NCBI RefSeq assembly: GCF_006345805.1
Contig: NC_043010.1
Coordinates: forward strand, 1-64,000
DNA from: Octopus sinensis
Taxonomy: Eukaryota
DNA: 64,000 nucleotides
Direction: 5' to 3'
The notes under the pieces are model-generated. The model made no database searches. It was not told the origin of the DNA and saw only the letters and a list, made by a program, of their open reading frames with translations. The position numbers were made by a program, and so were the translations under genes. This document shows, one piece after another, positions 39,112 through 52,635 of the stretch. Within the stretch, counting starts at the first letter, position 1. The number at the start of each line of letters is the position of its first letter.

Positions 39112-40825
39112 CATAAACATAAACATAAACATATACAAACATATATACAAACATATACTTACAAATACATATACAAACATAATATGAAGATATATACAAA
39201 TATATGCATACAAACATATACATTCAAACATATATATACAGACATACATTTACAAATATATATACAAACATATATGTAAATATATATACAAGCACACACA
39301 TACAAATTATATACAAATATATATACAAACATATACATAAAAATATATATACAAATATATATATACACAAACATATATACAAACATATATACAAACATAT
39401 ATGCAAACATATATATATACAAATATATACATACAAACATATACATACAAACATATATATACAAACATATATATACAAACATATATACAAACATATATAT
39501 ATATACAAATATAAATACAAACATATACATACAAGCATATATATACAAATATATATAAAAACATATATATACAAACATACATGTACAAATATATATACAC
39601 ACATATATATACAAATATATATACAAACATATATAAAAACATATATATAAATATACACATACAAACGTATATAGAATTATATATACACATATATATACAA
39701 ACATATATATGCATAAATATATATTCAAACATATATACAAACATATACATATACAAATATATATACAAACATATATATACAAACATACATATACAAATAT
39801 ATACAAATATATATATATACAACATATACATACAACATTATACAAAACATATATACACACATATATCCAAATATGTATATACAAACATGTATATACAAAC
39901 ATATATATACAAACATATATATACAAACATATATACAAACATATATACAAACATATATACAACATATATCCAAACATGTATATACAAACATGTATATACA
40001 GACATGTATATACAAACATGTATATACAAACATATATATACAAACATATATATACAAACATATATACAAACATATATACAAACATATATCCAAACATGTA
40101 TATACAACATGTATATACAAACATGTATATACAAACATATATATACAAACATATATATACAAACATATATACAAACATATATACAAACATATATCCAAAC
40201 ATGTATATACAAACATGTATATACAAACATGTATATACAGACATGTATATACAAACATGTATATACAAACATATATATACAAACATATATATACAAACAT
40301 ATATATACAAACATATATACAAACATACATATACAAATATATATGCAAACATATATATATACAACATATACATACAAATATATATACAAACATATATATA
40401 CAAACATATATATACAGACATACATACAAACATAGATATACACATATATATACAAACATATATACACAACACATATATACAAATATATATATAAACATAT
40501 ATATACAAATATATATACAAACATATATATATATACAAACATATACATACACAATATATACAAATATACATATACAAATGTATATGTACAAACATACATA
40601 TACAAATATATATACAAATATATATACATATATACAAATATATACACAAATATATATACAAACATATATACAAACATATATATATATATATACACCCATA
40701 CATATACAAACATATATATATCAAACATATGCATACAAACATATATATATACAAATATAATATTCAAACATACATATATACAAATATATATACAAACATA
40801 CATATATACAAATATATATACAATG
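39112..40825. repeat. 1.7-kb compound (TA)n/TATACAAACA microsatellite
   Basis: Direct reading. Explains the very long Y/I/V/C/M pseudo-ORFs. Similar tracts at 34925-35342 and 36074-36160. Confidence 0.97.
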
Positions 40826-41042
40826 CATGGGATAAGGCCTAAACAAACACATTATCGATTATTGCACTGAATTTCGGAACAGAAATAGCGCAGTTCAATT
40901 TTCATTCGCCTAAACTTTAAGTGACCCATTTTTTGTGGTTCTACGATTTGTTGGCTAGAAGGAGATGTGCCGGGAAGTTAAACACACCGACTCACACACA
41001 GATACACACTCAGACACACAAGTTGAGTTTTATATATATAGA

Positions 41043-41885
41043 CTAGCAGAATTGCCCGGCGTTGCTCGGGGCTGAATTGCTTGAAAGTACTGTTAATGAT
41101 TGCACTGAATTATGATGATTATTCAGGCAAATATTGATATAAGTTTACGGTGGGAGATAAGGACTTAACGATCAAAAGTGTGCCATTGCATTGTTTTGGG
41201 GGAGCCAAATTTCTGATGAGCATTATAGGGGCACCGACTTTAAGTTTGAGAATGTGTGGTGGTAGTCCGGGGTGCTGAAAGGAATTGAGTACCTCTATTG
41301 GATAGTTGATGACGTCCTCTGGGTCAGGAGTTGTATCGATAGACTGATATACATAGACTTCCCCAGGAATGAGTTTTAGCATTTCATCATTAATATGGTG
41401 AACAGTTTTATTCCTCGGGGCCAGTATAGCCTTTTGGCCAATCCAATCAATATTCTGATAATTAGCTTGTAGATCTGTGAACACTGCATCTCTGAGATCA
41501 GAAGGCGTCTTAACAATGGTACAAATGGAATCGATGGCAATATTACCATTTTCATCCCCTGGTATTTTCCTTCGCTAAGTGCAAGGAGGGTGTGAGGAAA
41601 TGCTGCTGATGTGATTTACGTCGCATATGAGCACGCATATTGGTGTGAAGTTTGAGAGTTACTTCCCATTATTTAAAAAATATGCATTAAAATGGAAAAA
41701 ATGATGGTAAATTATTTGTAAAATCGTAGACTCATCGTAGACGCGCGCTAATACGCAGAAGTGCTCGATATGAATCACGACTATAAGATACCCGGTTTTG
41801 GTTAAACTGCATCGCAAAATGTGGGAGTAGTTAGGAATCTAAATCGGAGTAGACAGACACACAACCTTTCTTTTATATATAAAGA
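41043..41885 (-). mobile_element. Internally deleted Helitron with PIF1-like helicase fragment
   Basis: 5' A|TC at 41885; 3' hairpin CCCGAGCAACGCCGGG then CTAG|T at 41043. Translates to LHTNMRAH, AILAPRNKTV, PGLPPHILKLKVGAPIMLIRNL and CNGT. Confidence 0.9.
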
Positions 41886-41886
41886 T

Positions 41887-42410
41887 TTTCGTCCTAAAAA
41901 ACTTTGTATGGATTGAATGGTTACCTCTATGGAAATATATACACGCACATTATACATACATGTGTGTATAAATGAATATATAAATACATTTAAATATCTA
42001 TATACACTTTTGGGCGATCTTTCTGCTTCTTAGAGATAACTTTAGATCTTATTTTTGTCCTAAAAAACTTTGTGCGGAGTGAATGGTTACGTCTATGGAA
42101 ATATATACACACACATTATACATAGATCTGTGTATAGATGAATATATAAATACATTTAAATATCTATATACACTTTTGGGCGATGTTTCTGCTACTTGGA
42201 TATACTTTAGATCTTATATTCGTTCTAAATAACTTTGTATGGAGTGAATGGTAACCTCTATGGAAATATATACACACACATTATACATACATGTGTGTAT
42301 AGATGAATATATAAAAGCATTTAAATATCTATATACACTTTTGGGCGATCTTTCTGCTACTTGGATATACTTTAGATCTTATATTCGTCCTAAAGAACTT
42401 TGTATGAATA
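41887..42410 (+). repeat. About 165-bp tandem repeat, about 3.2 units
   Basis: GT(C/T)CTAAA.AACTTTGT starts at 41891, 42057, 42222 and 42387. Confidence 0.9.
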
Positions 42411-42658
42411 GAATAAAAAAATGAATTGAAATTTTTAAGAAAGGAATTTGTTTACATACATGTGTCAAATGGCAAATGTTTGTGCAGTTGTCCGAAATGG
42501 AACCAGGGTAAATGTGTGGAACTGATGTATTATAATGAATAGTCCTTGTTGTGAATATTAATTTGATTGATATGAACTGAAAACCAGTGGTGTAGCATTT
42601 AAGACCATAGGTGATCTTCTAGCAAAAAGGATGACCAGTCTGACTGGCTCATCTCTGT

Positions 42659-42690
<32 letters not shown>

Positions 42691-42759
42691 AGCTTACAAT
42701 TTTATTTATATATTTGTCTAAAGAGGAAGTGGGAGTAATAGGCAGAGTAAAGGCTTCAA

Positions 42760-43302
42760 AGTGAAAGAGTGAAACGGTAAAATATTTAGTTTTCTCGAAT
42801 TTTTTCTGAAATGGGGGTGAAATTGAAAGAAATTTTGTATACCATGACCGAATGGAAGTACTTTGAAAAATCATAGGTAAACTGTAATTGAAGAAATTGT
42901 GTGAGGAGTAAATCGTTATGTATTTATTTGTTTCTGTTTGCTGATTTTTTATTTTTTGAGTAGTGTTGTAAGGTACACTTGCAAAGAGAAAGTAGGAGAA
43001 ATTAGGGTGATAGAATGAGTGAAGCAGTTCGCTCCGTTTGTGTGTGTGTGTGTGTGGTGTGTGTGTGTGTGTGTGTGTGCTGTAGCACACACTAAGAAAA
43101 GCACTTCACTTACACACCACAATGTGAGTTTTCTCGAATTTTGCTTAATTGGGGGTGAAATTTGAAAAAACTGTACCTGGCACGACCCGATGTATTCTAC
43201 TCTTAAAAATGCTAGGTAAATTGTAATTGAAGAAATCCTATATTGTAGATTTCTATAAGAGACAAAGGGAGGCAGATAAAATCTGCCTTTTATAATAAGA
43301 GA
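42760..43302 (-). mobile_element. Probable 5' part of another non-autonomous Helitron
   Basis: A|TCTCTTATTATAAAA at 43302 and an internal ~115-bp duplication (42788 / 43129). No CTAG 3' end found. Confidence 0.4.
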
Positions 43303-43311
43303 TATACATAA

Positions 43312-43465
43312 GAGACTTCAATCTGCCCAACGTCAGATGGCCCGAGGGCCTTTCTCTCCCAGGAATGACACGATGCGAACGAGGACAGGCGAGGTCCCCC
43401 CTGAACCTCATCAACACTCCGTACATGGAGCAAATAATAACCCAACCAACCAGGGCATGTAACAC
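43312..43465 (+). mobile_element. Short CR1-group endonuclease fragment
   Basis: Close DNA match to 36560-36714. Confidence 0.85.
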
Positions 43466-43531
43466 TTAGGGTTAGGGTTAGGGTTAGGGTTGGGGTTAGG
43501 GTTAGGGTTAGGGTTAGGGTTAGTGTTAGGG
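43466..43531 (+). repeat. Interstitial telomeric repeat (TTAGGG)11
   Basis: Nine perfect units plus TTGGGG and TTAGTG. Confidence 0.95.
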
Positions 43532-43555
43532 TTCGGATTTAGTTGTTCAATCCAG

Positions 43556-43966
43556 TGAATTACCTGCCCCTGAATTACCTGCCCCTGAATTACATGCACC
43601 TGAATTACCTGCCCCTGAAATAAATGCCCCTGAATTACCTGCCTCTGAATTACATGCCCCTGAATTACCTGCCCCTGAATTACATGTCCCTGAATTACCT
43701 GCCCCTGGATTACCTGCCCCTGGATTACCTGCCCCTGGATTACCTGCTCCTGAATTACCTGCCCCTGAATTACATGCCACTCAATTACCTGCCCCTGAAT
43801 TACATGCCCTTGATTTACCTGCCCCTGAATTACCTGCCCCTTAATTACATGCCCCTGAATTACCTGCACCTGAATTACATGCATCCTGAATTACCTGCCC
43901 TTGAATTACCTGCCCCTTAATTACATGCCCCTGAATTAACTGCCCCTGAATTACATGCCGCTTAAT
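43556..43966 (+). repeat. 15-bp minisatellite (TGAATTACCTGCCCC) x about 27
   Basis: Direct reading. The main variant is TTACATG for TTACCTG. Confidence 0.95.
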
Positions 43967-43969
43967 TTT

Positions 43970-46900
43970 GAACAAGTTTCGATGGTCCACCCTATCGAAA
44001 GCTTTCGATTGATCCAAATTGATCAGCGCCCCACCCATGCCAGGTTCATTAAATACCCTGTCTATGATGTAGCGCATCAGGTGGAGGTTGTCATGGATGG
44101 TCCGGCCCGGCACGGCGCATGTTTGCGCATGTTTGCGCCTTGTCGACCAGTTTCGCCTTGTTTGCGCCTTGTCGACCTCTTGGCTAGCACCTTGGCTAAA
44201 ATTTTCAAGTCTGCATTAAGCAGAGTGATGGGGCTAAGGTTATCTATTACATTTCCCTTGTTTAGATCTTTCTTCAGCAGTGTTACGGCTCCTCGGCTCA
44301 CAAAACCAGGAATGCTCCCGTTTTGCTGCCAGTTGCAGTACACCGCCGCCAAGAGATCTCCAAACAATCTGGCATAGATCTCCAACAAGTCTGGCATAGC
44401 TCGTAGGGTAGACCATCCAAACCCGGTGATTTGTCCCTCGAGCATTCTGCCATCGCGTCCTGCACTTCCGCCGCCGTGATGGCACCTTCGCAGCACCCTG
44501 CCTTTCTTGTCGAGAGTCGTGGTAGGCTATGTAGGTAGGCACTGAAGTCCATCCTACGTTCTTGCCCTCCACTTGTCCCGAACAGTCGGGCAAAATGCTG
44601 CTGAAAGGCCTCACACATTTTACTTGGCTCGAGCAATTCGCGCCCCTGTTTATCTACCAGGGACCGAATGGTGGCTTTGTTGCCATGTTGCACCTCTGCC
44701 ACCCGGGCCTCTCTCGCGGCTCCAACACCTTCGTTCCTTAGGGCACACATCCTAGCTCTGACAGCACATCCTTCGTGTTTGGCGTTGAAGTGTTGGTCGA
44801 GGGCCAGCCTCGCCGCCAAAACGTCGGATGCGATGCCGCTTCTAATTGCCTCTTCTAGCTTCTTAACTAGCTCACCCTCTACTCTATTTCTATCTATGGC
44901 TAGTGCTTTGCTGTACCTAATCGCTTCTGCTTTTACTGCTCTCTTGAGGGAAAACCACCATTTGTTGTTGATGATGGCTCCCGTCAAAGCCCTCTTTACT
45001 AGTGTGCTAATCCGGTCTCTGAAAACCTGTCTCGATGGGAAAGACGTGTTTAGTTTCCAGTATCCGGGACCCTGCCTAAGTGTCTTACCTAAGTCTAGCG
45101 TACATGTCACAAGTTTGTGATCCGTGTAGCTGACTATGTGGAATTGTGGACATCCTATGCTATCTCTGTCTACTGTCCTACACAGTATCCTATCTAGATA
45201 CGATCTCGACGACCCGATGCGGTTGCTCCATGTCCACGTTGGCGCATTCGGGTGGTCTAGTCGGAACCTGTCAGACAGTTGAAAGCGTCTGAGCAGGTCT
45301 CTGAGGCATTTGCATCCTCGTCTATTCCTATCTCTACCCACGTAGTCTACATGCGTGTCCAAGGTAGCATTCCATCCCCCACTAAGAGTAAAGGACGAGA
45401 CGTTCCCAAGAATACTTCTAGACGTTGAAAGAAATCCGCCCGACCTGTTAAGGGCGGTGCGTAGACTGATACGAGTCGAAAAGCGCACCCATTGCTGCCG
45501 TCGACATCCAGGACGACCAGTCTACCCTCCGGGTCTACGAATATTGTCCTTACTTTGAGATCCAGACTCTTGCGAAAAAGTACCGTGGTGCCACTACCGC
45601 CCATTCTCGGCAGACAGGGGGGAAATAAATGTTGAACTGTCCGCCAAACATGGTCTTTAGGGCCCGCGGATTGTGGAGTTTGGTCTCACTTATGATTTCT
45701 AACTTATGTGACTTTATGTCATTTAAGAGGTACCCTTGTTTCCAAGGGGACCCCAAGCCACGCGCATTTACACAACCAATCTTAATGAATTAGAATACAA
45801 GTGAAAGGAACAGAGGGTTACTTACTGCTCGAAAGTTTTTGCTTTCTCCTCCTTTGGTTTGTCCTCGAGGAGATCCCAGTACAGTTTCTTTGTGAGATAT
45901 TTTTGGCATTTACCAACCGCACTGGGGAAAATGCCTTTGAGTGTGTGGTGCAGACTTTTGGAGATGTGTAATATTTTGATGTGGTCTGGTGGTGTGTGTA
46001 TGGGTGATTGTTTGTTTTTATGTCATCTTCTGTTATGTTTGTTTTTGATTGGATGTATTCCATCAAAATTGTGTTTTTGGTGTCTATAGCTGTGAGCATG
46101 TTTGCTGTATATATTTTTGTGGTGTTGGTGTGGCTGTTGTTTGTGTTGGGTTTTGAAATGTCTTCGGGAGATGTATTTCCCCCTGCTTTGTTCGTGTTTG
46201 CATTTGGTTTGGTTGTGTTTCTGCTCTTTATTTTCCTTCTTTTTGTAGCTATTTGCCATTCCTCACTGGTTTCGTCTTCCGACGAAATTTCTGAGGAATC
46301 AGTAGGGGGTAGGGGTATGTTGTAGGCTTCTATGTATATCTGTGTAAGTGGTTGTGCTGTTGTTTTCGTTGTTGTTGGTTGTTGAGTGTTTGTGTGTGTT
46401 GAGTGCGGTATAAGGGATGGGGGATCAGTTTTTGTGTGTTTTATTTGTTTTTCTGTTCCTTTGGTTCTTGCTGTTGTTGGTGGTGTTGGTATTTTTTCAG
46501 GTGTTGAGTGGTTTTTGGTTGATGACGGATTAGCTTGGTGTGCTTCTCTTGTCGTCTTCTGTGTTGATGGTGGTGTGGGTAGTAGAGCTTTTTTTCCGGA
46601 GTGCTTTGGTTGTGGTAGTGGTTGTTGTTGTTGCTCTTGGTGTGCAGTAGTTGGGCACGTCTTTTTCAAGTGTTTCGCTTCCACACAAATAGCAGCGTGG
46701 TCGCCTGCCCTCTACCACTACACAAAGTTTGTAGCCTCCTGGCAGTTCTATAGTGGTGGGTATCTTCTCTCTTGCTGCTTCATCCAATTGAAGAAGGAAT
46801 TCGATTGATTTTCCCACATAGTCTTTCTCTCCTAGAACAGCGATTTCAAGGATGTTTGTCTCTGACATTGTCTCTGTCATTTCAAAGCAGATGGCAGAGA

Positions 46901-47950
46901 CTAACCATTGTGTTTCGACTTCAAGGGGTACATTTTTTTATTTGGACTTTCGTGACTCTCTTGTTTAAATAGATTGGTATCATTACCAAATCGTCCGAAT
47001 GCAGCTCGAATGTGGAAAAACGTTTTGCTAAATTTTCGTTGAGGAAACGTACTTGGACTGTACCAAATTTATTTCCCCAACTGATATATTCCTTGGAGTC
47101 CCATGCAGGACGAAGGCATTTTTCAATGTTTTCCTGTGGTGCATTTTCTGGTCGTCTTGTTTTCTTGTTTATTACTTTATAAATTATTGTTTTTTTTGTG
47201 TGTTTTTCACGATGTGTTGTGGAATGTGAAGGTGCAATTTGTCTCCTTCTTTGGTGAAGAGTGCTTTTGTGCGGTTTATTTCCTGTGTGGTGAATTTTAC
47301 AATTGTTCGTTTTTGTTTTGTCACATCCGCGAAATTCGTTTTAAATTTGGCGGTGTTAGCAGCAGAAGGGTTAGTTGTAGGAGTTGAAGTCGTTGTAGTG
47401 GTGTTGGTGTTGGCGGTGTTAGCAGCAGAAGGGTTAGTTGTAGCAGTTGAAGTCGTAGTAGTGGTGTTGGTGTTGGCGGTGTTGTCTTTGGTAGGCGGCT
47501 TTGTGCCCATTTCGTTGTTGTTGTTCTTAGTGGTGATGGTGGTGGTGCTGGCATTCATGTTTTCGTCTGTATTCGTTTTTGAAATCCCTTTCTCCGTCCT
47601 TTTATCATCGACAAGTGGTGTAGTGTGTGGGGGGAAATCTAAGTTAATGTCTTCGGTCGCGACGTTAGTTTTGCTGTTGTTGTTGTTGGTGGTGGTGTTG
47701 GTGGTGACAGCGGTGTTCAAGCTGCGAGGTTTAGCAGCTAGTGGTAGCAATAGTGTTTCGCTACCGTTCTGCATGACTGGTGGGTTAGCCACGTGGTTTC
47801 TAGTTGCCATTTTCAAAATGAAAAATGGCTAAAAAGAACCAACGAAAGTTTTGAAAGTTTTTGGTAATTTCGCCCATATAGGGGCGGAATTCTACGTGAA
47901 TAATTCTCAGGTTTTTTAGTGAATGAACTTGCACAACGATTAAAACAAAA
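43970..47950 (-). mobile_element. Tx1-type LINE, 5' portion (5' UTR, ORF1 with zinc knuckle, APE, start of RT)
   Basis: ORF1 from 47816 with frameshifts and RCYLCG..KKTCP. ORF2 NARGL, VYAPP, LDRIL, PGYWKLN, KSPGLDGLP, INLDQSKAFDRVDH. Truncated at the minisatellite. Confidence 0.9.
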
Positions 47951-47955
47951 TATTT

Positions 47956-47956
<1 letters not shown>

Positions 47957-48046
<90 letters not shown>
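47957..48046 (+). repeat. (GATA)n between two Tx1 copies
   Basis: Direct reading. Further tracts at 50616-50698 and 63671-63784. Confidence 0.97.
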
Positions 48047-48049
48047 TGT

Positions 48050-50612
48050 TTCTTTATTAGCCACACAGGGCTGCACACAGACGGGACAAATTACAACGTA
48101 GAGCTTTTCTTTTGGGGATAAAAAAGGGGTTTGGTTTTCGATCAACAGGGATCGTAAAAGGAAAGAAAGAGGAAAGCAAAAAAAGGGGGGTGATAAAAAT
48201 AAAAGGAAAAGGAAAAAAAATCGATCAATAACGATCGTTATCACAGAAATGTCAATATAAAATGTAAAGGAGAGGACAGGTGAGGTTTACCCGTGGAAAG
48301 AAAAGCCTACGGAAAAGACCACGGTAGCCTCGGTCAATGAAGTCACATGTTATATATATATATTTTTTTTTTGCAAATAAGCACCTCTCTGTATTAATTT
48401 TTACGGTTCATACGATCATAGTCAAGGTGGCTTCGTCATTCATACGTGCCATCCTTGCTACATTCATCCATCTTTTTTTAAAACATACACTAGACAAAAC
48501 TTGCCTCTCTACTCACACTTTCCTCTTCAAGTGATACTTGAAGAAGTTGATGAGAGATTGACCAGAGAGGAAAGTGTTTGTCTCTAATCCTTTCAGGTGC
48601 ATCCACCGGATACATTCTTTCGCCATAGCCACAAGTATGATAAAAATAGCTCTTCCTTCCCGTTTGAAGGAAGGAGGCGTGACGATATTAATGATAGACT
48701 CAGCTGATAAACTGACACGTCCCACACGTGACAGCAGTCGTTCGACATAAGCCCACAGGTCGGAGATCGTTGGACACTGCACGATTGCGTGCAGAACGGT
48801 TTCGTCGCTCTCCCGCATCTCGGGCAGATCGGCCCCGTGTTTCTCGAGCCATGCCTATAGAGCTTATCCCGAATGGGTAGCGCTTCTCGGTAGCACTGCC
48901 AGGCAAGGGATGTTTGGAAGTTGTCCATAGGTCCCGGCCCGAAAATCGTTTCAAACAGGCGGGTCAGGTATTTCTCGTCGACGCCCAGGTTTTCCCCAAG
49001 ATCGTCGTCGTACCTCCCCACTAATCCCCTATAGAATGCTTTGGTTGTGTTGAAGTCACTCAAGGTCGACCCGGGATGGCAGAGTTGCTTGAGAGCAACG
49101 CGACACTCGCGGTGCCATTCGCCCTTCTTCGGCCTCTTTTTGATCCACGACGAGCTGCGGGAAAGCGTACCTCACACGGCGACCACACCTGTTCACCGTC
49201 GTCTACATAGAGCCGGAGATGTCGCAGTCTCAGCGCGTGTCTGCGCATCATCAACCACGGCATGCCCAGTCCTCCTTTTAACGGGTGTTGACAGCAAATA
49301 ATCGCCTGACCATCGGGACGCATTCTTTCCACAAGAAGCGGAAGAGAATGCGTTCTAGTTTAGTGATGGTAGAGTTGGGACAAGGTACGACGGTCAGGCG
49401 GTAGTAGATGATGGACGCGATGTACGTGTTCACCACCTCCGCCCGACCTTTTAGGGACAGTTTCCTCTAGGCCCATTGCCGGGCGAGAGTGACCATCCTA
49501 CTCGTTATCTCGTTCCAGTTCTTCTCCATTTGGAGGTCCGGACCGAACCAGACCCCAACTCAACCGGGCCGTCCGTTTAGTGTCCCACAACGGAGGTACT
49601 GGTGGACGGCATGGGCTTGCTTCTTCAGGTGCCGAGCCGGAAGCCCACTGACTTTTCCCGGTTAATTTTCGCTCCTGTCACCGCTTCGTAGTCTTTCAGT
49701 GTCTCGCCGACCAGCTCAATGTGCTCGTGGCTTGACACTATGACGGTGACGTCGTCCGCGTATGCAGACACGCTCCTCCCGAATCCTAATTCTCGTGGGA
49801 TGCCCCACAGAGTCGCCAGCTTCCGCAGTAGTGGCTCAAGAGTCAATACGTATAGAAGCGCCGAGAGTGGGCATTCCTGACGGACCGAACGTGCAATGTC
49901 GAAAGGTCTCGATAGATGTCCATTTACGCAAATTACCGAACGGATGCCTCTGTACAAGGCAGCTATCCAGACGCGGAAGACGGGACTGAAACCAGCCGCT
50001 CTCAGGACTGCCTCTACCCTATCGATAGCTTTCGATTGATCTAAATTGATCAGGGCCCCACCCATGCCAGGTTCCTTAACTACTCTGTCTATGATGTAGC
50101 ACATCAGATGGAGGTTGTCATGGATGATCCGGCCCGGTACGGCGCACGTTTGTGCCTTGTCGATCAGTTTCTCGATGACAAGCGCCAACCTCCTGGCTAA
50201 CACCTTGGTCAAAATTTTCAGGTCTGCATTGAGCAGAGTGATTGGCCTAAAGTTATCTATAATGTCCCCCTTGTTTGGATCTTTCTTCAGCAGCGTTGCG
50301 GCTCCTCGACTCACAAAACCGGGTATGCTCCCGTTTTGCTGCCACTTGCAGTATACCGCTGCCAAGAAGTATCCAAACAAGCCTGGCATACAATTGTAAA
50401 ACTCGTAGGGCAGACCATCCAAACCCGGCGATTTGTCTCTCGAGCATTCTGCATTGCGTCCCGCACATCCGCCGCCGTGATGGCACCTTCGCAGCACTCT
50501 GCCTCTCTTGCCGAGATTCGTGGCAGGGTGTGCAGGTAGGCACTGAAGTCCACCCTGCGTTCACGCACGCCTCTCGTCCCGTACAGTCGGGCAAAGTGGT
50601 GGTTCGCCCTCA
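48050..50612 (-). mobile_element. Tx1-type LINE, 3' portion (RT to 3' UTR), 5'-truncated
   Basis: NFRPITLLN, SVRQECPLS, AYADDV, zinc-finger-like CPRCG..HAIVQC. 3' end TGTGGCTAATAAAG followed by (TATC)n. Confidence 0.9.
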
Positions 50613-50614
50613 AG

Positions 50615-50689
<75 letters not shown>

Positions 50690-51432
50690 AAGATAGATTT
50701 GCTACGACAATGGGAGTTCAAATGTTCAGGTTTGTCTTTTTCTGAAACTCATTGATAAATGTATGTTTTAAAAACCATCATTCATATACGTCGCATTTAT
50801 GTTTTTTTCTTTTCTTCAAAATAATTCTTTCTTTTACTCCATTCTTTGTAAGTGTATTATACATTGTCCGTGTTATGTCGTTTTCTAAGAGAAACTTCGG
50901 CTCTATTGACGTTAATACATTTTTGGAAGATCTAGCATTATGTTCTGTTTACGTTTTGAAAATATATCAGCTGGTACGTTACTATGGCAATAACGACAGA
51001 TGGTAGGCGTAGAATTTGTGCTACAGCTCACCATACCGTGTCTGAAGGAATGAAAGGGTTTTTAATGGACAGCGTACCCATCTACCTGATTCAGATGAAT
51101 AGTTGGAAGCCCTGCCAATCGTGTTACTTGATTTACATATCGCCGTTAAGGGAGGCCTAGTTTACTTCTCAGCAGAGTTACTGTATATTTTTGCACTTAA
51201 ACTGTCTGCTCAAGTTACATTAGCCCCAACTACTCAACAACATGATCCTACCAACTATATTCGTTGGCTGCGAAATTACATGGCGGAGATACCTGTGTTA
51301 CTAACAAGACCGAAGTCGATTAACTTTTTGAGAGCCTAATACCAGTACAAGGACTCACGTGTTTATATGCAGTGAATCACCCATGCAGACAATTTGTTCC
51401 AGTTCACGGCCCGTGTGTTAGAAGCCAAACCA

Positions 51433-52635
51433 TTTGGTTGTTTCACGTGAAATGTCGTATTTGAAAGGTAACAATAAAATGTTTCAGAAGTGTTAGAGAA
51501 CTGATTGATTTAATCAACGAATGATCCATCTTCATTTATGACGTTTATCCAATGTTTCTCTGAGTCATATAGTCCATCCTTAAAAAAAAAATATTCATCT
51601 TTTACTGGGATAAACTCTCCGAATGCTTCAATTACCTTTTCTCTATTTAAGAATGTTTTATTGGTTATGAAAAGCTCAAAATGCTTAAATAAGGGATGAT
51701 CAGTAGGAGAGATATCAGGGGAATAGGGAGGATGTTGCAAAATCTCATAATTCAGGCTTTGCAACTTTGGACTGTTGAGGACGTGCATTGTCGTGGAGCA
51801 AAACTGGGCCATCTCTATTCACTAGTCTGGGCTGCTTCTTTTTCAAATTCCTGTCAATATGATATTGCTGTTACCGTTTTTATTTGTTGTAAAAATGAAT
51901 AAAGAATATTGAATAACTCCTTTCGCAGACCACCATACAACGACCCCTAACATTTTAGGATGCAATGGTGGGTTTGAGTAGGGTTTAAGTGACTTTCCTG
52001 CATCTAATCACTGTAATGGTTTCCTGCAGTTGTCAAAGAGTATCTATTTCTCATCAAAAGTAATGATTTGATGCAAAAATGGTCTTTTCCAGTCGAGAAA
52101 GCAATAAGGAGCGCACTTCAAGGCCTTTGGTATTTTTCATCTCGTCCAGTTGATGTCGAACAAACCTATCCGTTTTCTTGACTTCTCCAATATTTTACAC
52201 GTGTCCAAAAACAGTTGTGCAAGATATTTGGAGTTCTGATGAAAGTTTTAGAAGCTTTGTTCTCGCATATTCTTCAACCAAAGCATTTAAATCCATCATG
52301 CCGAACAACTGATTTTGGCCTACCCCTTGGTTCATTTTCAAGGTTAACATCTCCCGAACGAGAGCTTTCGAACCATATCTGGACATTTCTGATGTCAACA
52401 AAACCATTGCCAATGGCCCGCTTGATATTCCGTGGAGCGCCTGCGGCAGAGTGACCCAGTTTGTACTCATACGAGAAAATCACTCAATATTGTTTAGTTG
52501 TTTTCATTATCATAAGGTCTGTGGGTACCAATTTTGTACACCAATAGTGTTGGGAAAGAAAAAGAGTCAAGATTAAATGCAACGGTACACATAAGAAGTA
52601 ATTAAAAATGCGACATGTCATGTGAAACAACCTAA
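51433..52635 (-). mobile_element. Full-length but decayed mariner transposon
   Basis: 25-bp TIRs with 22/25 identity, TA at 52636-37. HTH region ENEPRGRP and HPPYSPDISPTD. Multiple frameshifts. Confidence 0.88.

Noticed and set aside
39159-40803. ORFs of 260-531 aa, and similar ones at 23.5, 24.3, 31, 35 and 53-54 kb
   Set aside because: Translations of TA/CA-rich or trinucleotide microsatellites, open on both strands with no domain content.
41887-42410. CRISPR-like array interpretation of the tandem repeats
   Set aside because: No unique spacers and no cas genes; eukaryotic context.
42445-42545. EGF-like peptide SNGKCLCSCPKWNQGKC as a possible GPCR N-terminal exon
   Set aside because: Non-canonical cysteine spacing and no convincing acceptor.
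43411-43920. Pentapeptide-repeat ORFs (VIQGQ, AGNSG, NYLPL)
   Set aside because: By-product of a 15-bp minisatellite; no promoter, splice or unique coding context.
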